Shown here: piece after piece, positions 1 through 9,819 of the stretch
How positions within the stretch are numbered: position 1 is the first letter of the stretch
How the letters are laid out: each line of letters opens with the position of its first letter
NCBI GenBank assembly: GCA_963782915.1
Contig: CAWALK010000012.1
Coordinates: 32,001-96,000, forward strand
Direction of reading: 5' to 3'
Source: an uncultured archaeon
Lineage (GTDB): Archaea; Thermoproteota; Bathyarchaeia; Bathyarchaeales; Bathycorpusculaceae
DNA: 64,000 nt
Program-made: the position numbers and the translations under genes
Notes under the pieces: generated by a model
What the model saw: the letters and a program-made list of their open reading frames with translations, nothing else
What the model was told of the DNA's origin: nothing
Database searches by the model: none

Positions 1-351
1 CCAGCTGACTATGGCGGATACGCAGATGTGCACCCTAATTTGGTGGATAAAGCCACAGTCAATTCTCCCGTTGACCTCTCAAAAGCCGAAGCCCTAACCA
101 AAAAATACGGCGACAAAATCCGCATCTACCCAGGGTCAATGGAACTCAGAGACGGCAAAAACTACGCCCTCAAATCCAGAGCCATCGGCATCTTAGGCAT
201 CGGTGACAGCATCGAGGAAGCCCGCCAAATCAGCCAAGAAGGAGCCAAAGCCATAACAGGCGGCGCACTCTGGAACCGCACCGACGTCGCAGCCAAAAAC
301 CACATCCAAAAAAGCGTCACTAACATGGAGCAGTTGAGGAACAAGGCTTGA
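1..351 (+). CDS. purD: Phosphoribosylamine-glycine ligase, C-terminal part (5' truncated by window edge)
   Basis: GARS C-domain pattern YGGY..., SRAIGILGIGDSIEEARQIS, LWNRTDVA; lies in a purine gene cluster. Confidence 0.8.
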   Translation, partial: PADYGGYADVHPNLVDKATVNSPVDLSKAEALTKKYGDKIRIYPGSMELRDGKNYALKSRAIGILGIGDSIEEARQISQEGAKAITGGALWNRTDVAAKNHIQKSVTNMEQLRNKA

Positions 352-1430
352 AGCGCCTCTTCGTCTCCGACTGCGAAGGACCCATCAGCAAAAACGACAA
401 CGCCTTTGAGTTAGCGGAGAATTTTATTCCTAACGGCGACAAACTCTTCGCCAATATAAGCAAATACGACGATGTACTCGCCGATATTATTCATAAACCC
501 GATTACTCGGCGGGCAGCACCCTAAAACTGATTTTGCCCTTCTTCAAAGCATACGGCATAACCGACCGCCAAATGGAAGAGTTCTCAGAACAAAACATCG
601 TCTTAATCGCCAACAGCCAAACCACCCTGCAGCATGTGCAGCAGATAGCCGACGCCTTCATCGTTAGCACCAGCTACGAACACTACATCCGAGCCCTATG
701 CAAAGCAGTTGATTTTCCATACAAGAACACTTACTGCACAAAAGTAAGCCTCGACAAAACCCCCATAACACAACAAGAAACAGAACAACTCAAAGTAATC
801 GCGCAGGAAATCGCCCAAATGCGCATAATCGACATCCCCGCAAGCGTAACCTGCATTGAAGATTTTTCGCACTGCGACCAAACACTCATTCAGCGGTTGG
901 ATGAAATTTTCTGGAGTGAAATCCCCAAAATGTTCGTGGGCAAATTGCTCACTGACGTGGTAACCGTTGGTGGGGAACAGAAAGCAGAATCCATCCGTGA
1001 CGCAGCAAAACGCCTCCACGCCGAACTTGCGGATGTTATGTATGTGGGCGACAGCATAACCGACGTAGAAGCCTTCAAACTGGTGCGGGCTAACGGCGGC
1101 TTATCGGTATCCTTCAACGGCAACAACTACGCCGTCAAAAACGCTGAAGTAGCAGTACAATCCGAAAGCAACATAGTAACCGCTGTAATCGCCGACTTAT
1201 TCTGCAAATACGGCAAAGAACAAACCATCAAAGCCCTGAGCGCATGGAACATTGAAACCCTAAAACAAAACCACGTAGACGAAGCATTACTCAAACAACT
1301 CACCAAACTATACCCAGAAACCCTGCCGAAGGTTCAAATAGTCACAACCAAAAATATGGACATAATAGTCAAAGAGAGCAGCGCGTTCAGAAAACAAGTT
1401 AGAGGCATAAGCATAGGAAGATTGGGTTAA
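348..1430 (+). CDS. HAD-superfamily phosphohydrolase, COG4030 / EhaR-like
   Basis: Motif I FVSDCEGPISKNDNAFE, motif II IVSTSY, motif IV YVGDSITDVEAF, SFNGNNYA; TTG start overlaps the purD stop (TTGA). Confidence 0.8.
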   Translation: MKRLFVSDCEGPISKNDNAFELAENFIPNGDKLFANISKYDDVLADIIHKPDYSAGSTLKLILPFFKAYGITDRQMEEFSEQNIVLIANSQTTLQHVQQIADAFIVSTSYEHYIRALCKAVDFPYKNTYCTKVSLDKTPITQQETEQLKVIAQEIAQMRIIDIPASVTCIEDFSHCDQTLIQRLDEIFWSEIPKMFVGKLLTDVVTVGGEQKAESIRDAAKRLHAELADVMYVGDSITDVEAFKLVRANGGLSVSFNGNNYAVKNAEVAVQSESNIVTAVIADLFCKYGKEQTIKALSAWNIETLKQNHVDEALLKQLTKLYPETLPKVQIVTTKNMDIIVKESSAFRKQVRGISIGRLG

Positions 1431-2336
1431 TTGAATAAAAAAATTGATGATACTTACATTGAAGCATTCGCAGGCATTTTCTGCCGCGTAATCGTTACTG
1501 CAGACGATTTGGAAACCGTGCGGAAAGCAGCTGAAGATGCAACCGCAACACCATCCGTTGTGATTGGCAGAACCGAGGGCGGCATAGAAAAATACCTCAC
1601 CGAAAAACAAACCCCCGACGGACGCCAAGGCGCCATTTTACAGTTCTGGGGCGAAATCAACCCAAAAAAGACCTTCCCCGAATCACTCAAGAAATTCGAG
1701 ACTGAACTCTCTTACCGCATCCGCCAAGACATACTCGTTAAACCCTTCACAGCAGTCTACGATGCACTGCCAAGATCTGAAGGCAAACTCGACATGATGG
1801 AGCGTGTAGGTCACTGCGGCGACGGCTACGAATGGGTAGAGCAACGTAATGGCAGAGAAGTCATCGTTGTCCCCTTGATGGTTCCAGACTTCGTTATCGA
1901 ACGCTACATTGGCTATGCCCGCGGAGTTATGGGCGGCAACTTCTGGATAATGTGCACCACCAAAGACGCCCTCAAAGAAGCAGGCGCAAGAGCATTAAAG
2001 GCAATTCACAAAGTGCATGGCGCAGTAACCACCTTTGACATCTGCTCAGCAGGTTCCAAACCCGAAACCCATTTCCCACAGATTGGTCCCACAACCAACC
2101 ACCTCTATTGCCCCTCACTCAAGAAACGTTTAGGCAAGGAATCATTAGTTCCAAACGGAGTGGGCTACATCGCAGAAATCGTCTACGACGGAATGTCCCT
2201 TGATGCAATTAAAGAAGCCACTAAAGTAGGAATCAAAGCAGTCGTAGACATAGAAGGCGTAGTACGTGTCTCCGCAGGCAACTATGGCGGCAAACTAGGC
2301 GAATATAAAATACAATTAAATGAGTTGTTTGTATGA
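1431..2336 (+). CDS. ftr: Formylmethanofuran:H4MPT formyltransferase-family protein (Ftr/EhaS-like)
   Basis: [55 protein letters not shown]; starts directly after the HAD stop codon. Confidence 0.88.
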   Translation: MNKKIDDTYIEAFAGIFCRVIVTADDLETVRKAAEDATATPSVVIGRTEGGIEKYLTEKQTPDGRQGAILQFWGEINPKKTFPESLKKFETELSYRIRQDILVKPFTAVYDALPRSEGKLDMMERVGHCGDGYEWVEQRNGREVIVVPLMVPDFVIERYIGYARGVMGGNFWIMCTTKDALKEAGARALKAIHKVHGAVTTFDICSAGSKPETHFPQIGPTTNHLYCPSLKKRLGKESLVPNGVGYIAEIVYDGMSLDAIKEATKVGIKAVVDIEGVVRVSAGNYGGKLGEYKIQLNELFV

Positions 2337-3248
2337 CAAAGTTTGATGTTATCGGTTTCGGCGCACTCAACGTTGACACATTGCTAAAAGTTGACAAAAT
2401 CGCTGGTGCTGAAGAGGAAAGCTTCATCCGCGACTACACAGAAGCCTGCGGCGGTTCAGCAGCAAACACCATCGTTGGGTTAGCGCGTCTTGGCTGCAAA
2501 GTGGGCTTCATCGGCAAAGTCGCAGATGACCACGAAGGCAACCTCCAAATTGACTGCTTCAAAGCCGAAGGCGTAAACACCGACGGCATCATCCACTCGC
2601 CAAAAGGCAAAAGCGGCGTCTGCCTCGGCTTCGTAGACAAAAAAGGCGCAAGAGCACTCTACATTAACCCAGGCGTAAACGACATCATCGAACCCAGAGA
2701 ACTCCAATATGAATACGTTTCACAAACCGAAATATCTGCACCTGTCTTCCTTTGTTGGCGAAAAATCTTTCCGAGCCCAAAAGAAAGTCCTAAGCGGCTT
2801 GCCTGAAGGCGTCAAAATCAGCTTCGACCCAGGCTCCCTCTATGCACAGAAGGGCTTCTCAGCAATCGAACCCATAATCCAAAACAGCTTTGTGATGATG
2901 CCAAACGCCGTAGAACTTAAACTCATAACTGGCGAATCGGACATTCCCGAAGGCGCAGCTATGCTAATCGGTGCAGGCGTTAAAATCGTCGCAGTTAAAC
3001 TGGGCGATAAAGGCTGCTATGTCACTAACGGCGAAGAAAAGAAAACTATAGCGCCCTTCAAGGTTCCAGTAGTCGACACAACAGGCGCAGGTGACGCATT
3101 CAACGCAGGCTTCCTCTACGGTTTAATCCAGAACAGAACATTGGGCGAGTGCGGTAGAATAGGCAATTTTGTGGCGGCTAAAAGCGTAATGAAGATGGGT
3201 GCGCGCGACGGTTTGCCAAAAGAAGAAGATTTAGCATACCTCGGTTAG
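2333..3248 (+). CDS. PfkB/ribokinase-family kinase, split by one extra base near 2729
   Basis: GGSAANT and [13 protein letters not shown] signatures in two overlapping ORFs; span is 305 codons + 1 nt; ATGA overlap with ftr. Confidence 0.85.
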
Positions 3249-3289
3249 CATGTCGCTATCCAACCGCTTTCTCTTCCTTTTCAACTCTT

Positions 3290-3439
3290 TTATGCAATCG
3301 GTAAGGCAATAACCTGCCTTTTTCTCTTGTTTACGGTATGGTCAAGACCGCAAACTGGGCAAAAGACTATTTCGTGGTCAGAAAAGTTCTCGGGGTGAAA
3401 ATCGAATTTTCCGTCGCATCCAACACATTTTACCTTCAA
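3290..3439 (-). CDS. Small zinc-ribbon protein, 49 aa, LysW-like (absent from ORF track)
   Basis: Manual translation MKVKCVGCDGKFDFHPENFSDHEIVFCPVCGLDHTVNKRKRQVIALPIA; TTG start preceded by AGGAGTAAGGAG. Confidence 0.7.
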   Translation of the reverse strand: MKVKCVGCDGKFDFHPENFSDHEIVFCPVCGLDHTVNKRKRQVIALPIA

Positions 3440-3463
3440 CTCGGTTTTCTCCTTACTCCTTAC

Positions 3464-3646
3464 TTAGAATTCGAAGTACTCCAGTTCTAAGCCTCTGCCT
3501 TTATTCACGGTAACTAAGTTGCCTCCACATACTGGGCATGGAACAAGCTGGTATTCCCCGACTTGGTCATACTCAAAGCTTTTTTCACATAGTGGGCAGG
3601 TGAATTTTATTGGGGTGGATTGAAGTGTTTGCATTTTGCTCTCCAC
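3464..3646 (-). CDS. Small LysW-like zinc-ribbon protein
   Basis: CPLC...CPVCG pairs with LysW-like spacing; no C-terminal EDWGE. Confidence 0.7.
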   Translation of the reverse strand: MESKMQTLQSTPIKFTCPLCEKSFEYDQVGEYQLVPCPVCGGNLVTVNKGRGLELEYFEF

Positions 3647-3737
3647 TCTTTAATTGTCTATTTAGAGATAAGAGAAATATGTTAGTAGAAAATAGAAACT
3701 ATATAGAAAGATGAGTGTTCTAAAAGAGGAGCGGTAA

Positions 3738-3815
3738 ATGCTTCCACATCCACACCGCGGTGGTTTGTGCATGGAGCTATGTTGGGTGTGTGGAGAAAAA
3801 ACGATTATCCCAACA
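3738..3815 (+). repeat. Dispersed repeat family A, partial copy
   Basis: ATGCTTCCACATCCACACCGCG...CATGGAGCTATGT...GTGTGGAGAAAAA matches 24690 (+) and 30581 (-). Confidence 0.65.
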
Positions 3816-3916
3816 GTTATCAAAATTCGGTTACCTGCTTGAGGAATCAGCCACAACCATCCTGCAATAAGGAAGGGACGCAGATGCTAAAAAGCAATCA
3901 AAAACACAAGCTGTTG

Positions 3917-3954
3917 GTTGTTGTTGTGTATAGCAGCTTTTCGCCAACAACACC
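3917..3954 (+). repeat. Stem-loop repeat family B
   Basis: GTTGTTG-TGTATAGCAGCTTTTCGC-CAACAAC, close to the copy at 50978-51017. Confidence 0.55.
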
Positions 3955-3993
3955 CTGAGAAAAAACAAAAGAGGGGCTAAAAAAGTAGAAAGC

Positions 3994-4863
3994 CTAAATT
4001 TCGCTTCCAACTGGTACAGCAAACGTACTCCCAAATGTGCTCTTCGAACAAGTTTTGGTTAGTTTGTTGATGATGCTTTGGAAAATGTATTTTCCGTGAC
4101 CATACTGAAGCATCTGGCTTTCTTTTGTCCAGCCTGGCAGCTGCCACCAATACATCGCCCTCTCAGGATGCGGCATCAAACCGAAGATGTTGCCTTCCTT
4201 GTTGCATATGCCTGCTATGTCATAGAAGCTGCCGTTGGGGTTTTGGGGGTATTTGCCTTCTGCTACTGTGCCGTCTTTGCTGCAGTAACGGAAAACAAGC
4301 ATGTCCTCGTCAACGAGCTTCTTGAGCAATGCTTCTTCTTTTTCTTTGGGGAATAGTAGTCTGCCTTCGCCATGCGCAATTGGTAACTGGATGGTTTTGC
4401 CTTGTGGAATGCCGTCGGTGAAGGCGCATTTGCCTTTGTTCTCCTGTTTGAGGTAAACCCATTTACATTTGAAACCTGCTGGTTCATTAGTGGTCAATGT
4501 AGCTTCGGGGTAATCGCTGATGCCCTCGAAACCTGGTAGCAAACCGTATTCAACCAAGATTTGGAAGCCGTTACATATGCCAAGGATGGGTCTGCCTTCG
4601 TCAACGAAGCTTTGGATTTCTTTGCCCAGATTCGCTGAGAGGTGCCTTGCGAAGATGACGCCTGAACGCACATAGTCACCATACGAGAAGCCGCCTGGGA
4701 AAACCAGCATGCTATAGTCGAGTAGGTTGCGGCGTTTGATCATGTCGCTGACTTGGACAACTTCAGCTTGTACACCGAGTTCAGTGAATGCTCTTTGGGT
4801 TTCGGCGTCGCAGTTAGTTCCGCCAACGCGTAGTACGCAGACTTTGATGTCTTCGTGGTTCAT
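3994..4863 (-). CDS. purQ: FGAM synthase glutaminase subunit PurQ
   Basis: GTNCD, PGGFSYGD, GICNGFQ, AHGEG, NPNGS, GLMPHPER. Confidence 0.97.
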   Translation of the reverse strand: MNHEDIKVCVLRVGGTNCDAETQRAFTELGVQAEVVQVSDMIKRRNLLDYSMLVFPGGFSYGDYVRSGVIFARHLSANLGKEIQSFVDEGRPILGICNGFQILVEYGLLPGFEGISDYPEATLTTNEPAGFKCKWVYLKQENKGKCAFTDGIPQGKTIQLPIAHGEGRLLFPKEKEEALLKKLVDEDMLVFRYCSKDGTVAEGKYPQNPNGSFYDIAGICNKEGNIFGLMPHPERAMYWWQLPGWTKESQMLQYGHGKYIFQSIINKLTKTCSKSTFGSTFAVPVGSEI

Positions 4864-7247
4864 TGTGTTGTCTCCTCTGGGTTGAGGGTTTTTTTCCAGC
4901 TTTGCCGCAGCTTATCCAGCGGTGCATCAACGACGATTTCGCCGTTTAAGCCAGTTATGCTTAGTTTTGGTTCTTTGGTTACTATGCCGATTTGGCTGCA
5001 GTTTTTGCCTTTCATAAGTTCTTCGAAGTCCTCTTTGTCCCTTTGTGCGACTTCGATTAGGAAGCGGCTGTTGGATTCTGAGAACAGCACAAAATCGTTG
5101 CGCGCTACATCTTTGACGGGTACCATTTGCAGGTTAATTTCTAAGCCTAAGCCGCTTGCAAACGCCATCTCCGCCGCAGCCACCGCCAATCCGCCCTCGG
5201 AGAGGTCATGGCACGATTTCACCATGCCAAAATCGATGGCTTTAGTAACCACATTAAACGTGCGTTTAGCTTTGCCGCCGTGCACTTTAGGCACAGACGC
5301 GCCTAAGTAACCTTTGAGTTTGTAATATTCGCTGCCGCCTAGTTCAGGATAGGTTTCGCCTATGATGTAGATGGGGTTGCCTGCTTCTTTGAGGTCAACG
5401 GAGACGGTTAATTCGATGTTGGGGTTAACGCCGATTGCTGTGATGAGCAATGTTGGGGTTACGGGTCCGAGTGGGGATTCGTTGTAGAGGCTGTCTTTGC
5501 CTGAGATAAACGGTGTTTTGAACATGACTGCAAAGTCGTAGCATGCTTCACAGGCGCGTACTAGTGAGCCGAGGCGTTCTGTTTTTTCTGGGTTGCCCCA
5601 GGTGAAGTTGTCTAAGATGGCGATTCTTCTGCCGCCTACTGCGATGTTGTTGCGTATGGCTTCGTCGATTGCTGAAGCTGCCATCCAGTATGGATCGATT
5701 TTGCCGTAGTTTGGGTTCATGCCGCAGCTGATGACTAAGCCTTTGATGGAGTCATCGACTGGTTTGAGCACTGCCGCATCGTTGGGTCCAGCATAATCGC
5801 CTTGCAATGGCTTGAGTAGGGTGTTGCCTTTGACTTCATGGTCGTAGGTGCGGATTACTGCTTCTTTGCTGGCAATGTTGGGCGCCGCAAGCAGTTGCAG
5901 AAGTGTTTCTGTGAGGTCAGCTGGCTCCGCAAACTCTGGTTCCACAAGTTTGGGTGTTTCGATTGTGGCGATTTTAGTGGTTTCACATGGGCTGAAGAGG
6001 AATTCCATGTCGATGTCTGAGACTAACTCGCCGTTGTAGCTGAGCTGCAATCGTCTCTCTGGAATAAGTTGACCAATAGCTGTTGCGAGGACATCTTCTC
6101 TTTCGAAAATCGTCATAACCCGCTCCAAGTTCTCGGCAGGTATAGTCATGAGCATGCGTTCTTGTGATTCAGAAAGATAAATCTCCCAAGGCGACAATCC
6201 CTGATATTTCAAGGGAACTTTGCCAAGGTCAACCGCGACTCCGCAGTTGAAGCGTTCACCTGTTTCGCCCACAGCTGAGGATAAGCCTCCGCCGCCTATG
6301 TCAGTTATAGCTGAGCCCAATTGTAAGTCTCGGATTGCAACCACTGCCCGTTTGACTTTCTCTTCCTCGATGGGATCGGCGATTTGGACTGCTGGGCGGC
6401 TGATTTCCTCTGATTTTTCGGTGAGTTCGGCTGATGCGAAGGTTACGCCGTGGATGCCGTCGCGTCCTGTTTTTCCGCCTGATAATACTATGTAGTCGCC
6501 GACTTTGGCGCTTTTAACGTATTTGTCGAGTGGGAGTAGTCCGATGCAGCCGCAGTAGACGACGACGTTTCCTGTGTAGGATTCGTCGAAGTATATTGCG
6601 CCGTTAACGGTTGGGATGCCCATGTTATTGCCATATGCGCTGATGCCTGCGGTGACGCCCCGATAGATGTATTTGGGGTGTTTTACGCCTGCAGGTAACT
6701 TGTTATAATCATAATCTAGGGGACCAAAACCTAAGACGTCTGTGCATGCGATTGGGTCTGCCCATACGCCTAAGATGTCTCGGATGACGCCGCCGACACC
6801 TGTTGCTGCACCGCCAAAAGGCTCCACCGCTGAGGGGTGATTGTGGGTTTCCACTTTCGCTGCGATGCCATAGCCCTTATCGAATTTGACAATCCCCGCG
6901 TTGTCTTCAAAAACGCTAAAGCACCATGGCGCCTTAATTTCCTTCGTTGCTTTGGCTAGGTATGTTTTGAATAGGCTGTTGATTTCTTTGCCGTCGAGTT
7001 TGATTTTGCCTTTGAAGGTTTTGTGGCAGCAGTGTTCACTCCACGATTGGCTAATCGTTTGCAACTCGACGTCGGTTGGGTTGCGGTTTTCTTTTTTGAA
7101 GTAAGCTTGAATAACCGATAGTTCCTCTGCACTGAAGCCCAATGCGAGTTCGCTGTTGATTTCAGCTAACTGCTCGGGTGTGGCTTTGGCTGTTTGGATT
7201 TCTAGAACAGGGCTGTTTTTGCGCTGTGCAATGAGGTCGGCGTTCAT
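4860..7247 (-). CDS. purL: FGAM synthase subunit PurL
   Basis: WSEHCCHKTF, ETHNHPSAVEPFGGAATGVGG, GRDGIHG, SESQERM, SGKDSLYN. Confidence 0.97.
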   Translation of the reverse strand: MNADLIAQRKNSPVLEIQTAKATPEQLAEINSELALGFSAEELSVIQAYFKKENRNPTDVELQTISQSWSEHCCHKTFKGKIKLDGKEINSLFKTYLAKATKEIKAPWCFSVFEDNAGIVKFDKGYGIAAKVETHNHPSAVEPFGGAATGVGGVIRDILGVWADPIACTDVLGFGPLDYDYNKLPAGVKHPKYIYRGVTAGISAYGNNMGIPTVNGAIYFDESYTGNVVVYCGCIGLLPLDKYVKSAKVGDYIVLSGGKTGRDGIHGVTFASAELTEKSEEISRPAVQIADPIEEEKVKRAVVAIRDLQLGSAITDIGGGGLSSAVGETGERFNCGVAVDLGKVPLKYQGLSPWEIYLSESQERMLMTIPAENLERVMTIFEREDVLATAIGQLIPERRLQLSYNGELVSDIDMEFLFSPCETTKIATIETPKLVEPEFAEPADLTETLLQLLAAPNIASKEAVIRTYDHEVKGNTLLKPLQGDYAGPNDAAVLKPVDDSIKGLVISCGMNPNYGKIDPYWMAASAIDEAIRNNIAVGGRRIAILDNFTWGNPEKTERLGSLVRACEACYDFAVMFKTPFISGKDSLYNESPLGPVTPTLLITAIGVNPNIELTVSVDLKEAGNPIYIIGETYPELGGSEYYKLKGYLGASVPKVHGGKAKRTFNVVTKAIDFGMVKSCHDLSEGGLAVAAAEMAFASGLGLEINLQMVPVKDVARNDFVLFSESNSRFLIEVAQRDKEDFEELMKGKNCSQIGIVTKEPKLSITGLNGEIVVDAPLDKLRQSWKKTLNPEETTQ

Positions 7248-7495
7248 TTCTGTTCAACAACGCTGATTGTGTAGTTGTCTTTAGTTGGGTTAGCCAGTAG
7301 GCGTTTGCTCATTTCTTCCGCTTTCGCCTTCGCTTCAGCAGGAGAGGTTGCTTCCAAAAAGACAGTGTAGACTTTGCTGACATCAACGGCTTCTACTCTA
7401 TAGCCGAGTTCGATGAGGAGTCTTGCGGTGGTTTCGCCTTCCGGGTTGCTGTGTCCGGGTTTGAGGCTGACTTCGATTTTGGCAGCGTATTTCAT
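7244..7495 (-). CDS. purS: FGAM synthase subunit PurS
   Basis: 83 aa, LKPG..NPEG, LLANP; overlaps purL start. Confidence 0.93.
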   Translation of the reverse strand: MKYAAKIEVSLKPGHSNPEGETTARLLIELGYRVEAVDVSKVYTVFLEATSPAEAKAKAEEMSKRLLANPTKDNYTISVVEQK

Positions 7496-7553
7496 AGTCC
7501 TCTAAATTAAGCAATCGGGATTTAAACGCTTTCGCCACAAACACTGCAAAACT

Positions 7554-8636
7554 CTACGATAGAATCATGTGTTTCTTACCGTGCTCTATCTCGACGACGC
7601 GTTCTTTGTTGGTTACTTTGCCGATTCGCTGTGGTGTGATGCTGTCCTGTTCCAGTACATTCATGGCTTTGTCGATGTCGCTTTTGTCGACGATGATGCC
7701 AAAGCCCCAGCCCATGTTAAAGGTTTTGAACATTTCCTCGTCAGTTACTGTGTAACCTAATTCGGCGGCGGTTTTCTGGATTAAGCCAAAGATTGGTTGG
7801 GGTGTGAAATTGGTGAATTTGAAGCCGATGCCCGGTGAGAAGTTGGCGAGGTTGTTGAATTTGGTGTAGCCGTCGCCTGTAATGTGGACTGCGCCTTTAA
7901 CCTTGACTTCCCGTGCTAACTTGAGCAGCGCTTTAACGTAGATTTTGGTGGGTTCCAAAACTTCAAGCGCTACTTCGCGGTCTAAACCCTCTGGGATGTC
8001 GGTCGCGTCGTATTTGCCTCCCCACTGCTTGAATAGAATCTTGCGTACAAGCGTGATGCCATTGCTGTGGACGCCGCTGCTGGCTAATCCGATGATGGGG
8101 TCGTCTGGTTTTATGTCTTCGCCGGTTATGATGTTTTGGCGCTCCACTTTGCCCACGCAGGAGGCAACCATGTCAAAACCTGAGTTGGGTTTAATGCCCT
8201 TGATGATTTCTGCGACGTCACCTGTTTCGCCGTTCACTATTGGGCATTCGGATTGCTCTGCGCCCGAGATTAAGCCTTTGAGCCATGCGTTGACGAGTTT
8301 AGGTTCACTCGCTACTGCGTGAATGTTATCTGCGAGGGCGAGCGGTGTTGCGCCGCTGCGTATAACATCATTTACCACCATAGCTACGGCGTCGATGCCG
8401 ATGGTGTCATATTTTTCGGCGAGTTCAGCGATTAGGACTTTAGTGCCGACACCTTCGATCTCAAGGTCCAAAAACGTGTCTTCACCGACTGGAAAAATGT
8501 TACTGTAGGGCAAATGCATGATGCCGCCGAAGCCAATGTGCTTATAGGTTTCTTTGAGGCTTGAGAGTGCTTTTTTGGATTCGACGCGTTGGGCTCGGTT
8601 GACGCCGGCGTCTGTGTAGGTGTAGTTTTTGGGCAT
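7554..8636 (-). CDS. purM: AIR synthetase PurM (start moved to MPKNYTY)
   Basis: YTDAGV, EGVGTK, GETG, SSGVHSNG, LEPTKIY, HITG, TFNMGWG. Confidence 0.93.
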   Translation of the reverse strand: MPKNYTYTDAGVNRAQRVESKKALSSLKETYKHIGFGGIMHLPYSNIFPVGEDTFLDLEIEGVGTKVLIAELAEKYDTIGIDAVAMVVNDVIRSGATPLALADNIHAVASEPKLVNAWLKGLISGAEQSECPIVNGETGDVAEIIKGIKPNSGFDMVASCVGKVERQNIITGEDIKPDDPIIGLASSGVHSNGITLVRKILFKQWGGKYDATDIPEGLDREVALEVLEPTKIYVKALLKLAREVKVKGAVHITGDGYTKFNNLANFSPGIGFKFTNFTPQPIFGLIQKTAAELGYTVTDEEMFKTFNMGWGFGIIVDKSDIDKAMNVLEQDSITPQRIGKVTNKERVVEIEHGKKHMILS

Positions 8637-8744
8637 ACTGGTTCGCCTGTACGCTAATTGTGTAGGTTTCTGTCTGATAACGATTACGTTTGGGGCTGGT
8701 GTCTGTGGATGCTGGGTTGTTTGATTTTTGGTTTTTCTAGTCTT

Positions 8745-8778
8745 AGAAGAAGGCAGAGACCTCCTATACCCTTCTTCT
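8745..8778 (-). repeat. Stem-loop repeat family B
   Basis: Minus strand AGAAGAAGG-GTATAGGAGGTCTCTG-CCTTCTTCT, perfect 9-bp stem; flank also matches 63956-64000. Confidence 0.6.
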
Positions 8779-8909
8779 TCCCGTGGGCTTTGCTGACGGC
8801 TGCTTTTTGGGTTCTGCATTTGCTTTGGGTTGAAGGTTGGTTATGGAGCAAACCGCAAACAGAAGGCAGCAGGGCAACGTTTTAGTGCACATAACCAGCA
8901 CAATACACT

Positions 8910-9743
8910 TTGATTCACATGCCGACGCCCAAATACCACATCTACATAGAATACAGTGAAACGGAAAAAGGCGGATTCCGATTCAACATCACCCAAGAAG
9001 AACTAGTGCGCACTTTTTCAGAACCCTTCAGTGCCGGCAAACCCTTCTGGTTTCTGGGCAGGCTCCTTAACCCCCTCAAAGTCACTAAAACCGTCCTGTT
9101 CTGGTCCTACGAATCTGCCAACATGCTATGGTTGCCCAACCAAGAGACGCTTATAGCTGCCAAAGACAAAAAATACGTAGTAGACAGCATCGAAAAAGGG
9201 AAAGTCAAAGGCGCCTATCTTTGCACAGAAAAATATTTGGCTAAACCCCAAACAGTAACCGCACAGTCGGTAGCATCCTCTTCGGCAAAACGCAGGATCC
9301 TTGTGGTTTGTGGCGCAGACGATGAAATGAAAAAAGCAATAACCTCAGCTCTGAGTAAGCTTTGGCTCATTCCTGTCCTGTTATGTGAGGAGCCAAGCCA
9401 CGGCAGAAAACTCCTAGAACGCTCTGCAGACTATGCCGATGTCGGTTTTGCCGTGGTTTTGCTGTCGCCTGACGATTTTGCTTACGCCAAAAACGAAGAC
9501 TCTACCACACGCAAGCTTAAGCCCCGGCAAGAAGTGGTTTTCGAATTAGGCTACCTGCTGGGCAAACTCGGAAAGGCAAATGTGCTTGTTTTCTTTAAGG
9601 AATGCTTGAACTTTGAGCCGCCCACTGATTTTGAAGGCATGAAAACGGTAGCGTTTGATGCGCTTGATAGCTGGAAGCTTGCCCTCATCCGTGAACTGGG
9701 CAATAGTGGGTACGTGGTGGATGCGGGTAGGATACTGGAATAA
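8910..9743 (+). CDS. TIR-like nucleotide-binding domain protein (CAP12/Pycsar-type TIR) with unknown N-terminal domain
   Basis: C-terminal FAVVLLSPDD...KPRQEVVFELGYLLGKLG...PTDFEG. Confidence 0.8.
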   Translation: MIHMPTPKYHIYIEYSETEKGGFRFNITQEELVRTFSEPFSAGKPFWFLGRLLNPLKVTKTVLFWSYESANMLWLPNQETLIAAKDKKYVVDSIEKGKVKGAYLCTEKYLAKPQTVTAQSVASSSAKRRILVVCGADDEMKKAITSALSKLWLIPVLLCEEPSHGRKLLERSADYADVGFAVVLLSPDDFAYAKNEDSTTRKLKPRQEVVFELGYLLGKLGKANVLVFFKECLNFEPPTDFEGMKTVAFDALDSWKLALIRELGNSGYVVDAGRILE

Positions 9744-9819
9744 CCCTGCGGTTGGATGCATGGGTTTTTAGGGTGTTGGGGTATGCTATCGTATACGGAA
9801 TTGAGTAGTTTATGTTAAC

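Noticed and set aside
8637-8819. 61-aa N-terminal extension of PurM in the ORF track
   Set aside because: Low-complexity translation of intergenic DNA containing a family B hairpin; homology starts at MPKNY (8636).
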